Shown here: positions 63,138-64,000 of the stretch, in pieces
How positions within the stretch are numbered: position 1 is the stretch's first letter
Layout of the letters: each line of letters opens with the position of its first letter
Source: Alphaproteobacteria bacterium
Lineage (GTDB): Bacteria; Pseudomonadota; Alphaproteobacteria; UBA8366
Assembly: GCA_965228425.1 (NCBI GenBank)
Contig: OZ245815.1
Span: 1,626,185-1,690,184, forward strand
Length of the DNA: 64,000 bases
Direction of reading: 5' to 3'
Notes under the pieces: model-generated
What the model was told of the DNA's origin: nothing
The model's input: only the letters and a program-made list of their open reading frames with translations
Databases searched by the model: none
Program-made: the position numbers and the translations under genes

Positions 63138-64000
63138 CTATTTTTTCGTTCCCAATCCTACCTGTTTAGCATGAGTCAGATACTCAACGGTCCTCACCTT
63201 GATGAATTCCGCTACTTTTGGATAGGGGATGTCAACCGGCGCGAAACCACGGTCTTCCATTTCCTGACGCATTGCAGGGTCTTTATTGATCCGTTCGAAC
63301 AGCTTTGACAACGCCAATCGCGTTTTCTTGGGTGTCGACTTCGGCACGGCGATGCCGCGGTAGGCCCCGTCGACGATCTCGAACCCTTTCTCCTCGAACG
63401 TCGGCACGTCGGGGAAGCGTGGATGTCGCTCCTTCGTTGCGACGGCCAGCATGCGAACGGCGTCGGGATAGGTCGTTCCCACCGTCGTGTATCCCCAACT
63501 GGCGTTGACCTTTCCTTGAACGAGAGCCGCGATGGACGCCGCGGTCCCTTTGTACGGACGGTAGTCGGTTTGAATCCCCGCGAGTTTGTCGAACCGGATC
63601 TGCGCGAGATGGTTCGCCGATCCGCGCCCGGAGCCGGAAAATACGATCTTTCCAGGATTCTCACGCGCAAATGTGATGAGGTCCTCGAGCGTTTCGAAAG
63701 GGCTGTCTTCGTGCACCACGACGGCGTCCGGCGTGTAGTGGAAGATGAACACACCGGTGATGTCACGCGTCTTGTATTTCGCGCCGAGCATCGGTTGCAG
63801 CACGATATGCGGAAGGTTGATGCCGACGATCGAATGCCCATCGCCGGGAAGATTGTTGATTTCGTCCCACATGACGGCGCCACCGCCGCCGGGCCGATAG
63901 GAGATGACGAGGTCTTGCCCGGTAAGCGTCTTGAAGAACGATTGCTGTAGCCGGGCCGCGATGCCGGACTCCCCGCCGGCGCCGAACGGAATGAAGTACG
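63138..64000 (-). CDS. Bug/TctC-family tripartite tricarboxylate transporter substrate-binding protein (5' end beyond window)
   Basis: The track ORF 63138-63872 continues in frame upstream to the window edge (manual translation ...ISYRPGGGGAVMWDEI...). The motifs PGGGGA, DGHSIVG and YKGTAASIAAL are typical of the Bug family. Confidence 0.8.
   Translation of the reverse strand, partial: YFIPFGAGGESGIAARLQQSFFKTLTGQDLVISYRPGGGGAVMWDEINNLPGDGHSIVGINLPHIVLQPMLGAKYKTRDITGVFIFHYTPDAVVVHEDSPFETLEDLITFARENPGKIVFSGSGRGSANHLAQIRFDKLAGIQTDYRPYKGTAASIAALVQGKVNASWGYTTVGTTYPDAVRMLAVATKERHPRFPDVPTFEEKGFEIVDGAYRGIAVPKSTPKKTRLALSKLFERINKDPAMRQEMEDRGFAPVDIPYPKVAEFIKVRTVEYLTHAKQVGLGTKK

Noticed and set aside
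1-64000. Search for CRISPR arrays, long tandem repeats, retron- or DGR-like repeat pairs and defence-system gene signatures
   Set aside because: Reading the intergenic regions and the ORF translations turned up none. The only repeats seen are short operator-like dyads. An exhaustive repeat search by eye over 64 kb is not reliable, so a computational self-dot-plot should confirm this.

Overview
This is a high-GC, densely packed chromosomal segment with about 51 protein-coding genes on both strands. The gene content looks like an alphaproteobacterium-like metabolic generalist (inference): a Bug/TctC binding protein, several family-III CoA-transferases, three TauD-type dioxygenases, four acyl-CoA dehydrogenases and an LpoA-like lipoprotein. 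I found no rRNA, tRNA, CRISPR array, transposase, integrase, phage gene or recognisable defence gene. All family calls rest on motif recognition in the supplied translations, because no database search was possible. Many start codons were moved from the ORF-track start to an internal ATG or GTG that has a Shine-Dalgarno sequence or abuts the upstream stop. The many long antisense or out-of-frame ORFs are treated as high-GC shadow ORFs. Candidates for something new, in rough order of interest: (1) A translationally coupled trio at 4824-9271, made of a TPR protein, a NodU/CmcH carbamoyltransferase and a TPR::2OG-Fe(II) oxygenase fusion. An 855-aa TPR::GT-B/capsule-synthesis-like fusion at 39917-42484 shares the theme of TPR-guided modification enzymes. 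(2) A minus-strand CoA-pathway cluster at 24437-33431. It holds an itaconate/citramalyl-type triad (CoA-transferase, MaoC hydratase, CitE-like lyase), three acyl-CoA dehydrogenases, an HMG-CoA-lyase-like gene and an upstream TauD + MBL hydrolase pair. (3) A divergent LeuCD paralogue in an operon with two tandem EamA transporters (33689-37596). (4) A MmgE/PrpD, DUF2333-like and DUF4392 (D-glutamate-cyclase-like) trio (13614-17109). (5) A low-GC islet carrying an orphan membrane-anchored gene (58199-58702). Several candidate operators and promoters can be read directly from the sequence, most clearly paired TTGCATGCA palindromes over divergent promoters at 51594-51722. None of the hypotheses is proven by sequence alone.
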